64,000 bases of DNA from an uncultured delta proteobacterium (lineage in GTDB: Bacteria > Desulfobacterota > RBG-13-43-22), in NCBI GenBank assembly GCA_963802945.1, contig CAWDKY010000028.1:1-64000 (forward strand), given 5' to 3'. A program made the translations under genes and the position numbers. The notes below the pieces were generated by a model. The model was given only the letters and a program-made list of their open reading frames with translations. It did no database searches and was not told the origin of the DNA. The number at the start of each line of letters is the position of its first letter. Positions within the stretch are counted from its first letter, which is position 1. This document shows positions 10,337 to 20,287 of this stretch, in pieces.

Positions 10337-11530
10337 TTACTCTGACAAATTAAATTCTAAAAATAAGTTAGACTTATTAAATACAATTGAAAAGGTCGTT
10401 CCTTCGTTGATTTTACTATTTACATCAATATGCGTATGATGGATTTTGGCAATTTGAGAAGCTATGGCCAGACCCAGACCGGTTCCATTGGGCATGAAGC
10501 CGACGGCATTGTTCGTTCTGAAATATTCTTCAAAGATCTTGTCCTGAACATCCTCCTCCATGCCAATCCCTTGATCTTTGATCTCAAAATAAATTCTGTC
10601 ATTGGCCATTTCGATTAGTTCAATGTCTATAGTGGTCTTATCTGGAGAATAAGTTAAAGCATTTTCGATCAGTATCGAAAAAAGAACATTGATTTGTTTT
10701 TTGTCGCAAAAGATCAGTAAAGGGGCTTCAGGTTTTTGAAAGTTTATCGTTATATTCTTCGATTTGGCAATAACGGCAAAATGTTCGATCACGTAAGAAA
10801 GGATATCGGAGATGTCGTTACTATCCATGGAAACATCATCTTTGGAAAAGGTTTTTAATTTCGCCAGTTCAAGCATTTCATTGATAACAGTGGTGAGTAG
10901 TTTGGATCTGGTATTGATTTTTAACAGGATATTTTTGGTTTCTTCATTGATTTCACCGGTATATCCTTCCAGGACAAGATCAAGAAAGCTCTGTATGGCG
11001 GCAAAAGGAGCTTTCAATTGGTGGGTGGCATGGAGAAGGTATTTTGTTTTTTCTTCACTAATTTCTTGCTGTCTTAAATATAGCTTGTCGGCAATATTTT
11101 TTTCTTTTTGAAGCTCAAGATTTGCGGCTTCCAGTTCTTCGGTTCTTTCAATAATTCTTTTTTCAAGATTAATTTTATACGATCTCAGATTCTTGTTCAC
11201 TTCATCATAGGAGTCGATAATACTAAATAGCGCTTTGGTTCCTTTCGAGCCAACCAGACTGGTCTCTGGAGACTTTTTTTGCTGTAATTCCTGGAAAACA
11301 GATTTTCGGCCCGTGGCTTCAAAAATCAATGTAACCTCATGGTCATTGAGGATTGGGGCCATATTCGTTACACATTTGATATGGTGTTCAGCAGCATACA
11401 TCATCCCCGGCGAATTGGGGTTTACATCACAAACACATTTGATATTGATCTCGGGGTTATTTAAAAGAACCCTTAGAAAAGCCAAGCCCCCTTTGCCAGC
11501 TCCAACGATGGCGATTCCGTCATTATCCAT
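10337..11530 (-). CDS. Cytoplasmic histidine kinase with an N-terminal Rossmann-like domain
   Basis: IAIVGAGKGG N-terminus; H-box THQLKAP; N-box ENALTY; G-boxes DQGIG and GTGLGL; RBS aaggag before ATG 11530. Confidence 0.88.
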   Translation of the reverse strand: MDNDGIAIVGAGKGGLAFLRVLLNNPEINIKCVCDVNPNSPGMMYAAEHHIKCVTNMAPILNDHEVTLIFEATGRKSVFQELQQKKSPETSLVGSKGTKALFSIIDSYDEVNKNLRSYKINLEKRIIERTEELEAANLELQKEKNIADKLYLRQQEISEEKTKYLLHATHQLKAPFAAIQSFLDLVLEGYTGEINEETKNILLKINTRSKLLTTVINEMLELAKLKTFSKDDVSMDSNDISDILSYVIEHFAVIAKSKNITINFQKPEAPLLIFCDKKQINVLFSILIENALTYSPDKTTIDIELIEMANDRIYFEIKDQGIGMEEDVQDKIFEEYFRTNNAVGFMPNGTGLGLAIASQIAKIHHTHIDVNSKINEGTTFSIVFNKSNLFLEFNLSE

Positions 11531-11741
11531 AGCAACTCCTTCCGTTTTATTCCCCGACTCATAATAGCTTAATGGAAGCCCAAATGTTCGGTATCCTTCT
11601 CGGCTATGATTGCCAGTGATGTCTCGCACGGTCAGCATTTTTGCCCCTCCATTAGCGCACTAGTGACGACTTCAGGTTTGAGAGCATCTCCGACTCTGCC
11701 GATCTGCCGTTTTTCTCATGACCTCTGCACCAACCCTGACG

Positions 11742-12155
11742 TCACACCCTATTCGGATTGGGGCCCAGCTGCCTGATCTCCTCGGTAAAGTCCCCTACTA
11801 TCTGGGCGAACCGCGGGCCTTCCGCTGCGGAGACCCACTCCAGTCTGAACCTCTCCGGCTCCAGACCGAAGTCCTCGAGCATGAGCCGTATGGCATCGGC
11901 CCTCTTTTCCGCTTTGAGGTTTCCTTCCTGGTAGTGACAGTCGCCGGGGTGGCATCCGCAGACGAGAACCCCGTCCGCCCCCTTGGTCAAGGCGTCTATG
12001 ACCAGGTTGGGATGGACCATTCCCGAGCACATGACCCTGATGATCCGCAAGGATGGCGGATACTGGATCCTCGACACTCCTGCAAGATCAGCCCCGGCGT
12101 AGGAGCACCAGTTGCAACAAAAGCCGATGATCAACGGGTCGAACGTATCGTCCAT
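11742..12155 (-). CDS. mvhD: MvhD/FlxD-type 2Fe-2S subunit (Cys form)
   Basis: GFCCNWCSYAGADLAG, RVMCSG, GCHPGDCHY, WVSAAEG; TGATG overlap with the upstream hdrA-like gene. Confidence 0.93.
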   Translation of the reverse strand: MDDTFDPLIIGFCCNWCSYAGADLAGVSRIQYPPSLRIIRVMCSGMVHPNLVIDALTKGADGVLVCGCHPGDCHYQEGNLKAEKRADAIRLMLEDFGLEPERFRLEWVSAAEGPRFAQIVGDFTEEIRQLGPNPNRV

Positions 12156-15100
12156 CACTCCACCCCCAAGGCAGCATTGACCTGCGCGGAAATCTGTTCC
12201 AGCTTGAAACCCTTCACATAGATCCCCAGTTTCGGGCAGGTTGCCATGCAGCACCCGCAGCCCTTGCATATCGACTCATTCACCTCAATGGTCTTCTTGA
12301 TCGCGCTCTCCCTTACGTATTCGAGAAGGGTGATTGCCTTGTACGGACAGGTGTCAACGCAGTAGGCACAACCGTCGCAGTTCTCGTCCACCACAAAGGA
12401 TATGTTGCCTTCGAGCTCTATGGCGTCCCTCGAAAGCACGGTGGCCACCCGGCCAGCGGCCGCCTGGGCCTGGATGATGCTCTCCTCAATCCTCTTGGGG
12501 GAGTGGGCAAGTCCCGCCAGGAAAACGCCGTCGGTGGCGAAGTCCACGGGGCGCAGTTTCATGTGGGCTTCGAGAAAGAAGCCGTCGGCATTGAGGGGTA
12601 TCTTCAGGAACTGGGCAATCGTTTTGCTATCACCGTTCGGGACAATCCCGGTGGAGAGGACAACGAGGTCGGCCGGTATGGAGACGGGGATTCCGAGAGT
12701 CTGGTCGTAGACGTCCACCATCAGTCTTTTGCCGTTTTTGGAAACTGAGGGTTTCCTGTCCGCGTCATAGCGTACGAAGACAACGCCGTTCTGCCTGGCC
12801 TTGGTGTAGTAGCTCTCCCGGAACCCGTAGGTTCTCATGTCCCGGTATAGCACGTAAACGTGGGTAGACGGGGAGAGTTCCTTTATCTTCAAGGCGTTCT
12901 TCACCGCTTCCGTGCAGCAGAGGCGCGAGCAGTAAGGCCGCTCGCTGTCCCGGGAACCGACGCACTGGATCATCACGATGGTCCCGAGTCCTTTCCCCGG
13001 CGAGGTAAAGAAACCCTCCACTGCCACCAACCGGTGTTCCAGCTCCAGTTGGGTGAGGACCCTCTCATCTTCTCCGTACAGATATTCGTGAGGCTCATAC
13101 TCCTTGGCCCCGGTAGCGACAATGACCGCTCCGTGCTCAATCTCCTTCGACGTCCCGTCGCTTAAAGCGAGCCTGGTCTTGAAATGGCCGATGGAACCTG
13201 CGATCATCTCTATCCTGGCCTGGGCAAAGAGCTGGATGCGATTGTTTTCTTTCACTTGATTTACGAGCGACTTGAACTCGTCGAGAAATTTCGTTCCGCT
13301 GATCAAATAGTGGATGTTCCGGAGGTGCCCGCCAAGCTCCTTCTCTCTCTCCACCAGGTAGACATCGAAGCCCTGATTGGCGAGCTCCAGCGCGGACGTC
13401 ATGCCCGCAACTCCGGCCCCGATGATGAGGGTCGATTTTGTGATTGGAACCGAACGCGTTTGAAGAGGGTCGAGAAGTCTCGCCTTGGCCACGGCCATTC
13501 GGATGAGGTCCTTGGACTTCTTGGTAGCCTTATCATATTCGTGCATGTGGACCCAGGAACACTGGTCCCTGATATTGGCCATCTCGAAGAGGTATGGGTT
13601 GAGTCCCGCTTCCCTGAGGGTAGCCCTGAAAAGCGGCTCGTGGGTCCTCGGCGTACAGGAGGCGACGACTACCCGGTTGAGGGCGTATTCGGCTATCTTC
13701 TCCTTAATCTTCTCCTGGGTGTCGTTTGAACAGGTATAAAGATTGTTCTCCGAGTAGGCCACGTTAGGAAGGGTTTTCGCGTAGTCTACGACTTCAGGCA
13801 CATTGACAAACCCGGCGATATTGGTGCCGCAGTGACAGACGAAAACGCCTACACGCGGCTCCTCGCCCGTCACGTCCCGCTCCGGCGGGAATTCTTTCTG
13901 GGTGATGAGGCTTCCCTTCTCATCGCGCAGAAGGGACATGACCCGTGCAGCCGCCCCTGAGGCCTGCATGACCGTCTCGGGGATGTCCTTCGGCTCGGTG
14001 AAGGGACCAGCCACGTAGATCCCCTGTCGATTCGTCTCCACGGGGCGGAAGGTCGACGTCTCGCAGAAATGAAATTCGTTGAGATCGATGCCGAGGACGG
14101 CGGAGATCTTTTCCGCCTCCTTGGGTGGTTGGGCCCCGACTGATAAGACCACCATATCGTATTCCCGGGAGACCTTCTTTTCGCCCCCGGCGAGGTATTC
14201 GACGACGAGGTTCCCCGTCCCCTCTTTCTCTTGGATCAGAGCGGGACGGGATCTGATGTAGTTCACGCCGAGTTTCTGCGCCCTCAGGTAGTATTCCTCA
14301 AACCCCTTGCTGAAGGCCCGCATGTCCATGAAGAAGACGTCGCACTGGAGGTCTTCTCCCGCATGCTCTTTGGCGATGATAGCCTCTTTCGTTGCATACA
14401 TGCAGCATATGGAGGAGCAATAGTCCCTCTCGGAATCCCTCGAACCGATGCATTGGAGCCAGGCGATCCTCCGGGGCGCCACGCCGTCCGAGGGTCTCCG
14501 GACATGCCCCGAATAGGGGCCTGAAGCCGAAAGAATTCTCTCAAACTCGAGGGCGTTCACCACGTTGGGGAATCGACCATAGCCATACTCCGGCTTGACC
14601 CTTGCGTCGAAGATCTCGTAGCCCGGCGAGAGGATGACCGCCCCCACATTGAGCTCGATTTTCTCCTCTTTCTGGTCAAAATCGATGGCCTTGGCTTCGC
14701 AGACCTCCTTACAGATGCCGCAGGCATCATACTTCATATGAATACAATGTTCCTGATCAATCGCGGCCTTATTCGGAACAGCCTGGGGATAAAGGATATA
14801 AGCGGCGGCCCTTTGATCCAAACCCATATTGTATGGGTTGGGAAGAGGGATCGGGGCATTCACACTCGTCAGAGTCGATACCTTCTTCCCTACGGGACAG
14901 ATAAAGTTACAGGCGCCGCAGGTCCAACACATCTCGTTGTTCTTTCCAAAGGGGGACTCCAATTTCTTTCTGGGTCCTCGTCCTGAAAAGCCCACGGCGG
15001 TTCTTCCCATTCTTTCGTTGCACATACGAACGCAAAGGCCGCAATAGACACAGTCGTCAAATTTTTTCTTGATCCTGGGCTCCTTCACTCCAAGTTCCAT

Positions 15101-15421
15101 GGCTATTCTCTGAATGGTTTCCGAATCAGGGCACCGAGCGAGAAGAAGCTCTGCGATGATTTTTCGCGCCCTTTTAACCCTGTCCGTGTCCGTGAAAACA
15201 GTTATCCCATCCAGAGCCGGATAGGAGCAGGAGGCCTGAAGTGCAGGGGGTCTATCCTTGACATGAACCTCAACAACACAGAGCCTGCATGCCCCATAGG
15301 GACTTAAGGCCTTGTGATAACAGAGGGTCGGCACTTTAATACCCAGCTTTTCAATAGCGCTGATCAGTTTTGTTCCTTCCTCTACTTCCACTTGTTGATT
15401 ATTAATGGTAAGAGATGCCAT
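12155..15421 (-). CDS. hdrA: NuoG/HydA-N-like FeS domain fused to a two-FAD HdrA-like flavoprotein lacking its first GxGxxG segment
   Basis: PTLCYH...GACRLC...ASC 2Fe-2S; QCIGSRD..CSSICCMYATK; VFVCHCG; ANIRDQCSWVH; IIGAGVAG; QCVGSRD..CSRLCC; C-terminal 2x4Fe-4S. Confidence 0.92.
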   Translation of the reverse strand: MASLTINNQQVEVEEGTKLISAIEKLGIKVPTLCYHKALSPYGACRLCVVEVHVKDRPPALQASCSYPALDGITVFTDTDRVKRARKIIAELLLARCPDSETIQRIAMELGVKEPRIKKKFDDCVYCGLCVRMCNERMGRTAVGFSGRGPRKKLESPFGKNNEMCWTCGACNFICPVGKKVSTLTSVNAPIPLPNPYNMGLDQRAAAYILYPQAVPNKAAIDQEHCIHMKYDACGICKEVCEAKAIDFDQKEEKIELNVGAVILSPGYEIFDARVKPEYGYGRFPNVVNALEFERILSASGPYSGHVRRPSDGVAPRRIAWLQCIGSRDSERDYCSSICCMYATKEAIIAKEHAGEDLQCDVFFMDMRAFSKGFEEYYLRAQKLGVNYIRSRPALIQEKEGTGNLVVEYLAGGEKKVSREYDMVVLSVGAQPPKEAEKISAVLGIDLNEFHFCETSTFRPVETNRQGIYVAGPFTEPKDIPETVMQASGAAARVMSLLRDEKGSLITQKEFPPERDVTGEEPRVGVFVCHCGTNIAGFVNVPEVVDYAKTLPNVAYSENNLYTCSNDTQEKIKEKIAEYALNRVVVASCTPRTHEPLFRATLREAGLNPYLFEMANIRDQCSWVHMHEYDKATKKSKDLIRMAVAKARLLDPLQTRSVPITKSTLIIGAGVAGMTSALELANQGFDVYLVEREKELGGHLRNIHYLISGTKFLDEFKSLVNQVKENNRIQLFAQARIEMIAGSIGHFKTRLALSDGTSKEIEHGAVIVATGAKEYEPHEYLYGEDERVLTQLELEHRLVAVEGFFTSPGKGLGTIVMIQCVGSRDSERPYCSRLCCTEAVKNALKIKELSPSTHVYVLYRDMRTYGFRESYYTKARQNGVVFVRYDADRKPSVSKNGKRLMVDVYDQTLGIPVSIPADLVVLSTGIVPNGDSKTIAQFLKIPLNADGFFLEAHMKLRPVDFATDGVFLAGLAHSPKRIEESIIQAQAAAGRVATVLSRDAIELEGNISFVVDENCDGCAYCVDTCPYKAITLLEYVRESAIKKTIEVNESICKGCGCCMATCPKLGIYVKGFKLEQISAQVNAALGVE

Positions 15422-15424
15422 GGT

Positions 15425-15850
15425 TCACCTGTTATTAATTTTCAAATATTCATAGGAGAAATTTATTTCCGGATGTGTTTCCTGCAAACATCTAATGGTC
15501 CCGCTGAGATCCCCCAAAGGTCTCCTGTCGATATGACTTAAACTGAAACTTGCTACAATCTTTGTTCCTTTCCCTTCCGCGCTCTCAACCACCAATTTGC
15601 CACCCGTCTCTTCAGCGGATTGGGCGAGCAGAGACAACCCCATGCCTACACCCTTTCCATCTTTTGTTGTAAAAAACGGATCCAAGCACTGGCTCTTTGT
15701 TGCCTCATCCATCCCTTCACCGTCGTCTCCGATTTCCAAGATGAGGAGATCCTTGAGCGCATTTTCGGTCAACCTGATTTTCACATTGGCTGCGTTTGCC
15801 CGAATCGAGTTTTCAACCACATCCAGGATGTGGAGAGAGAGATCCTCCAT
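15425..15850 (-). CDS. Stand-alone HATPase_c (histidine kinase-like ATPase) protein
   Basis: LHILDVVENS, DDGEGM, DPFFTTK, GMGL, HIDRRPLGD. Confidence 0.85.
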   Translation of the reverse strand: MEDLSLHILDVVENSIRANAANVKIRLTENALKDLLILEIGDDGEGMDEATKSQCLDPFFTTKDGKGVGMGLSLLAQSAEETGGKLVVESAEGKGTKIVASFSLSHIDRRPLGDLSGTIRCLQETHPEINFSYEYLKINNR

Positions 15851-15852
15851 GT

Positions 15853-16434
15853 TTACAGAATGATCCTCCTTCCAGCCTCCTTTTTGAAGGATTTTCTAAG
15901 TTCTTCAGTATTGATCTCTCTGATAAAATAGCCGGTTCGGGTCTTTCCGATATCTTCCAGGTAATGCGCGTCAGAGGAAGCAATCACCGGGAGGCTCTTG
16001 GGGAGAGAGATCCTATCCTTCCGCGAGGGATCTGTAATCTCCTGGGCATCGAGAGGGAGATCCTCAGGGATAAAACCGAGTTGACCGATGATCCCAAATC
16101 CTTCCCGGTCGACATGAGAAGCGATGGCCAGTTCGTTCAATTGGTGAACGAGATTTACCACCTCGTGAATTGGGATTTCCGTTGAGGTGATTTCCATCCC
16201 ACCGATGACGCCTATCTCCTCTTTCTGTGCAATCTTCTTTGCAGCAAACACATTTTCAGCGGAGTTATGATCGCAAATTCCAATAAAGTGGAGTCCCTTC
16301 TTCTTCGCCTCTTTCACAATATTCCTTGGAGACATTGCAAGATCGGCGCATGGTGAAAGACAGGTATGGATATGCAAATCCGCATGGTATGTTCTCAGCT
16401 TATTTAATCCCAAGTTCGTAAAGCCTTCCCACAA
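15853..16434 (-). CDS. PHP-domain phosphoesterase, apparently shortened internally; start uncertain
   Basis: ADLHIHTCLSPC, ICDHNS, GMEIT, SHVDR, SSDAH. Confidence 0.75.
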   Translation of the reverse strand: MWEGFTNLGLNKLRTYHADLHIHTCLSPCADLAMSPRNIVKEAKKKGLHFIGICDHNSAENVFAAKKIAQKEEIGVIGGMEITSTEIPIHEVVNLVHQLNELAIASHVDREGFGIIGQLGFIPEDLPLDAQEITDPSRKDRISLPKSLPVIASSDAHYLEDIGKTRTGYFIREINTEELRKSFKKEAGRRIIL

Positions 16435-16735
16435 CTTTGTAGGCAGACCACGGGCTTACTAGTATCGGTATCTTTTTCTGCTTCGCCTTCTTCAGCATCT
16501 CTGCTTCAGGCTTTCTTCCATTCACGAGGATGATTCCTGAAAGGTCCTTCGAGTTAGCCACGGCCATCACATTAGGATGGATTTGCATTGTTATCCAGAT
16601 ATTTCCCTGGTTAGCATTTGTCAGAACGTCACTCAGCATATCCCCCGCGTATCCTCCGGTCACCGTTCGATCCAGGAGATCCTTCCCCACGAGTACATTT
16701 AAATTTAAATCCTTGACCAGGTCTCTAAGTTTCAT
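16400..16735 (-). CDS. DRTGG-domain protein
   Basis: GGYAGDMLSDVL, WITMQIHPNVMAVA. Confidence 0.82.
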   Translation of the reverse strand: MKLRDLVKDLNLNVLVGKDLLDRTVTGGYAGDMLSDVLTNANQGNIWITMQIHPNVMAVANSKDLSGIILVNGRKPEAEMLKKAKQKKIPILVSPWSAYKVVGRLYELGIK

Positions 16736-16736
16736 T

Positions 16737-17672
16737 TTAGGAATACACCGCAAACTTTAGATTCGTCCCCTTACCGACGCCCGATTCGAGCTGCATCTCG
16801 TCCGTGCAATTCTTTATATTGGGAAGCCCCATCCCCGCTCCGAAGCCCAGTTCCCTGATGAAATCGGGTGCCGTCGAATATCCGGGTTGCATGGCGAGTT
16901 CGATATCCGGTATGCCTGGCCCATGATCGATCACGTTTATGGTGATCTTTCCAGGTTCAATTTGGGCGATAATGTCGCCTCCGGAAGTGAAGATAGCCAG
17001 ATTCATCTCGGCTTCCAACACTGCGATGATGAGCCTCCGAATGTGATCATCGGAGTAGCCGAGCTTCAACAGATTCTCCTTGAGTTGATCGCTCTGCTCC
17101 CCGGCCTTTTTAAAGTTTCCACCTTCCACACGGTATTTCAGTATTAATGTGGTCCAGTCCGACGATAGGTCTTCCAGAAGAGACGGGACGTCCTGTAATC
17201 GACGGCCTTCCCTTTTTTCCCTCGAATGATAGAGAGACTCAAGAGTCCTCAAAAGGCAGTGGATGATATCCTTCTTCGTGATAATGCCCACCAGTTTCCC
17301 GCTGTCCCGGTCAACAACTGGGAAACGGCCAAAGCCAAATCTGTCAAATTTATTGATGGCGTGAATAAGGGGTTCATCCGAAAACAACGTAATGACTTCC
17401 GTGGTCATAATATTCCTTACTCTTTCATCCATTAACCCGGATGTGAGACAATGTATCAGGTCCTCGATACTGACGATACCCACTAATCTACTTGACCGGA
17501 CGATGGGAATTCCGGAGATCCTGCGGTTTTTTAAGATCTTTTTCACATCCAGGATCGTGTGATTAGGGTTCAGCGTGAGGATCTTTTTGTTCATGGCTTC
17601 CTTGATCTTCAGCTCATAAGACAGCTCCTGCGTCTTCAGTATCTTGGGCGAGTCCTGAGTCCTCCCCTTCAT
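16737..17672 (-). CDS. CBS-pair + anti-sigma-type Ser/Thr kinase (HATPase) protein
   Basis: Tandem CBS (ISGIPIV, FGRFPVVD); EAEMN, DHGPGI, GFGAGMGL. Confidence 0.85.
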   Translation of the reverse strand: MKGRTQDSPKILKTQELSYELKIKEAMNKKILTLNPNHTILDVKKILKNRRISGIPIVRSSRLVGIVSIEDLIHCLTSGLMDERVRNIMTTEVITLFSDEPLIHAINKFDRFGFGRFPVVDRDSGKLVGIITKKDIIHCLLRTLESLYHSREKREGRRLQDVPSLLEDLSSDWTTLILKYRVEGGNFKKAGEQSDQLKENLLKLGYSDDHIRRLIIAVLEAEMNLAIFTSGGDIIAQIEPGKITINVIDHGPGIPDIELAMQPGYSTAPDFIRELGFGAGMGLPNIKNCTDEMQLESGVGKGTNLKFAVYS

Positions 17673-18034
17673 CTTTTCGACACTCGCTCAACTTCGGAAC
17701 ATCCCATAAAACCTTCCTTATAGAGCTTTCCACAACTCTCAAGCATGGGAAGTTTCGTCGTCAAAAGGGCTATCTTCTTCTTCTTCGCCAGTTCCACGGT
17801 TTCCTTGGGTGGCTTCTTGCCCCTGACAAAGCAAACGGCCTTGAGCCCTGCTGTGCTGGCCGTGTAAATGACTTGAATGTTGGTCAGGCCTGTGAGGAGC
17901 ATACTATCCCTTTTGGTATGGACCAGGACATCGCTCATCAGATCTGACCCGCATCCCATCTTAATATCAAGATTATCGTTGCGGGTCGTTATCAATTCTG
18001 CTTCCAGGATCTTTATAATCTGTTTGAGCTTCAT
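17669..18034 (-). CDS. DRTGG-domain protein
   Basis: GSDLMSDVL, LLTGLTN, FVRGK. Confidence 0.82.
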   Translation of the reverse strand: MKLKQIIKILEAELITTRNDNLDIKMGCGSDLMSDVLVHTKRDSMLLTGLTNIQVIYTASTAGLKAVCFVRGKKPPKETVELAKKKKIALLTTKLPMLESCGKLYKEGFMGCSEVERVSKR

Positions 18035-19899
18035 GCGAGTGTCCGGGCGCTGGTAATCGGAATCGGTTCCTCAAGTGTTTTAAGGTTTCTTCTTTCTTCC
18101 CCCGTGACTTTTCTAACGGCCGAAATCTTCGATGGGCAGACTTCCAGACAGGTGCCGCACTTGGTGCATTTGGACACGTCTATAATGTGCACCTGTTTCA
18201 CTTCTCCTTTGATTGCTTGCACAGGGCAATTCTTTAAGCATAAACGGCACCCCACACATTTTTTGGGCTCAATATAATACTGAATCAGATCTTTACAGGC
18301 CAAAGCCTGGCAGCGTTTCTCGTTAATATGGGCCAGATATTCATCCTTGAAATAGCGAATAGTTGATAGTACAGGATTGGGGAGTGTTGCCCCAAGTCCG
18401 CACATGGAGGCATCCTTGATCGCCAAGCTCAGCTCTTCGAGAAATTCAATGTCTCCTTCCTGTCCCTCCCCCTTGGAGATTCTCGTCAGGACCTCGAGCA
18501 TGGCTTCACTTCCATCCCTGCAGGTAGTACATTTCCCGCACGATTCGTCGTTTGTGAACTGGATAAAGAATTTTGCCACGTCCACCATGCAGGTCTCTTC
18601 ATCCATCACAATCATTCCTCCCGATCCCATGATGGAGCCCACTTCCTTCAAGCTCTCGTAGTCGATCGGAAGATCGATCAGGCTGCTTGGAATGCATCCA
18701 CCTGATGGCCCGCCAGTCTGGACCGCTTTAAACTGTCTATTCCCGGGAATTCCCTCCCCAATATCATAGATGATCTCCCGAAGGGTGATTCCCATGGGAA
18801 CTTCGATCAATCCCGTATTATTGATCTTCCCGACGAGGGAGAATATTTTCGTCCCCTTGCTGGTCTTGGTTCCAATCTTGGAAAACCAATCGGTACCTCT
18901 ATGGATAATGACGGGAACATTGGCAAGGGTCTCCACGTTATTGATGACGGTGGGACAGCCCCAGAGACCCACTTGTGCAGGGAAGGGGGGTCTCTGCCTC
19001 GGTTCCGGACTTTCGCCTTCGATGGAGTGGATTAATGAAGTTTCCTCGCCGCAGACGAAGGCCCCTGATCCCTCTCTGATCTCAAGGTCGAAATTAAAGT
19101 TTGAGCCTAGTATACCTTCACCGAGCAGACCGTGTTCTCTTGCCTGGGAAAGGGCGATTTGCATGCGCTTGATGGCAAGGGGATATTCGGTCCGGATATA
19201 TAAGTACCCTTTGCTTACACCGATCGCATAGGCAGCAAGGGTCATTCCTTCGATTAAGGAATGGGGGTCTGATTCCATGAGACTTCTGTCCATATAAGCT
19301 CCGGGATCTCCCTCGTCGCAATTACCTATCAGATATTTAGTCGGATTTTGGTCTGTTCTGCAGACCTTCCATTTAATGCCGGTCGGGAATCCGGCTCCCC
19401 CCCTCCCTCTAAGTCCCGATTTCGTCACTTCTTCGATTACCTCTTCAGGCTTCATTTGGGTCAGGACTTTTTCGAGGGCCGCGTAGCCATCTCTGGCGAT
19501 ATAGTCCCAGATTTTTTCCGGGTCTATAATCCCCTTGTTTCTCAGCACCAAGAGCATCTGTTTCTGGAAAAAGGGGATATCAGAGATCATCGGAATGGGT
19601 TCTTTCTTCTCTGGAGGAACAAACATCAACTTCAAGACCGGCCTCCCCTTCAGAAGATGTTCCTCGACGAGGAGAGGAACATCTTCAGCTTTGAGCCAGC
19701 CATAGAAGATCTTGTCGGGCATGACCACTAGTAGCGGACCCTGGCCACAAAAGCCGTTGCAGCCCGTCGTCACGACGGAGACCTCGTTTTGAAGCCCTCG
19801 TTTCTCGATCTCTTTTTCCAGGGCTTCCTTAATATTGAAGGCCCCACTCGCGACACAACCCGTCCCCGCACATACCATCAGTTCAACTCTTCGCCACAT
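18031..19899 (-). CDS. nuoF: NuoF/HydB/HndC-type NADH-binding FMN subunit
   Basis: N-terminal thioredoxin-like 2Fe-2S, SGLRGRGGAGFP, DEGDPG, FVCGEET, GGPSGG, ESCGKC..C, C-terminal 2x4Fe-4S. Confidence 0.94.
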   Translation of the reverse strand: MWRRVELMVCAGTGCVASGAFNIKEALEKEIEKRGLQNEVSVVTTGCNGFCGQGPLLVVMPDKIFYGWLKAEDVPLLVEEHLLKGRPVLKLMFVPPEKKEPIPMISDIPFFQKQMLLVLRNKGIIDPEKIWDYIARDGYAALEKVLTQMKPEEVIEEVTKSGLRGRGGAGFPTGIKWKVCRTDQNPTKYLIGNCDEGDPGAYMDRSLMESDPHSLIEGMTLAAYAIGVSKGYLYIRTEYPLAIKRMQIALSQAREHGLLGEGILGSNFNFDLEIREGSGAFVCGEETSLIHSIEGESPEPRQRPPFPAQVGLWGCPTVINNVETLANVPVIIHRGTDWFSKIGTKTSKGTKIFSLVGKINNTGLIEVPMGITLREIIYDIGEGIPGNRQFKAVQTGGPSGGCIPSSLIDLPIDYESLKEVGSIMGSGGMIVMDEETCMVDVAKFFIQFTNDESCGKCTTCRDGSEAMLEVLTRISKGEGQEGDIEFLEELSLAIKDASMCGLGATLPNPVLSTIRYFKDEYLAHINEKRCQALACKDLIQYYIEPKKCVGCRLCLKNCPVQAIKGEVKQVHIIDVSKCTKCGTCLEVCPSKISAVRKVTGEERRNLKTLEEPIPITSARTLA

Positions 19900-19902
19900 A
19901 GT

Positions 19903-20286
19903 TTACCCACCTCTCTCTGAGCCCAAGCCAATGGCGTATTCTTGGACGATTTTGCCACCAAGGATATGTTCCCCGAAGATTTTTACCGCCTTGTCCGCAG
20001 TCAGGTTCCCATATTTGACAGGTGCAGCGTCCAGCAATTCGACGGTGGCCATCGGTTCCCTTGAACAGAGGCCCGCGCAACCCGAAGTCGTGATCAGAAC
20101 ATTTGTGATCTTCCTATTCTCCTTTTCGTTTAAAAAGGCCGCTACGATCTCTCTTGCACCGGCGGCAATGCCACAGGTTCCCAGGTGCACAATCACCTTT
20201 CCCCTGAATTTGCCCTCTCGGAGATGGATCTGGCTTCTGGCCTCTTCTCTTCCTTTTCTTAACTCTTCTATCGTGAGTTTAGACAT
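19903..20286 (-). CDS. HndB-like thioredoxin-fold 2Fe-2S ferredoxin
   Basis: GTCGIAAGAR, SGCAGLCSREP. Confidence 0.88.
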   Translation of the reverse strand: MSKLTIEELRKGREEARSQIHLREGKFRGKVIVHLGTCGIAAGAREIVAAFLNEKENRKITNVLITTSGCAGLCSREPMATVELLDAAPVKYGNLTADKAVKIFGEHILGGKIVQEYAIGLGSERGG

Positions 20287-20287
20287 G

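Noticed and set aside
11742-15421. Selenocysteine in MvhD or HdrA
   Set aside because: All relevant motifs are encoded with Cys and the ORFs are uninterrupted.
12155-19899. [FeFe]-hydrogenase HydA or respiratory complex I
   Set aside because: No H-cluster motifs and no Nuo membrane-arm genes; the NuoG-like part is only the FeS N-terminus.
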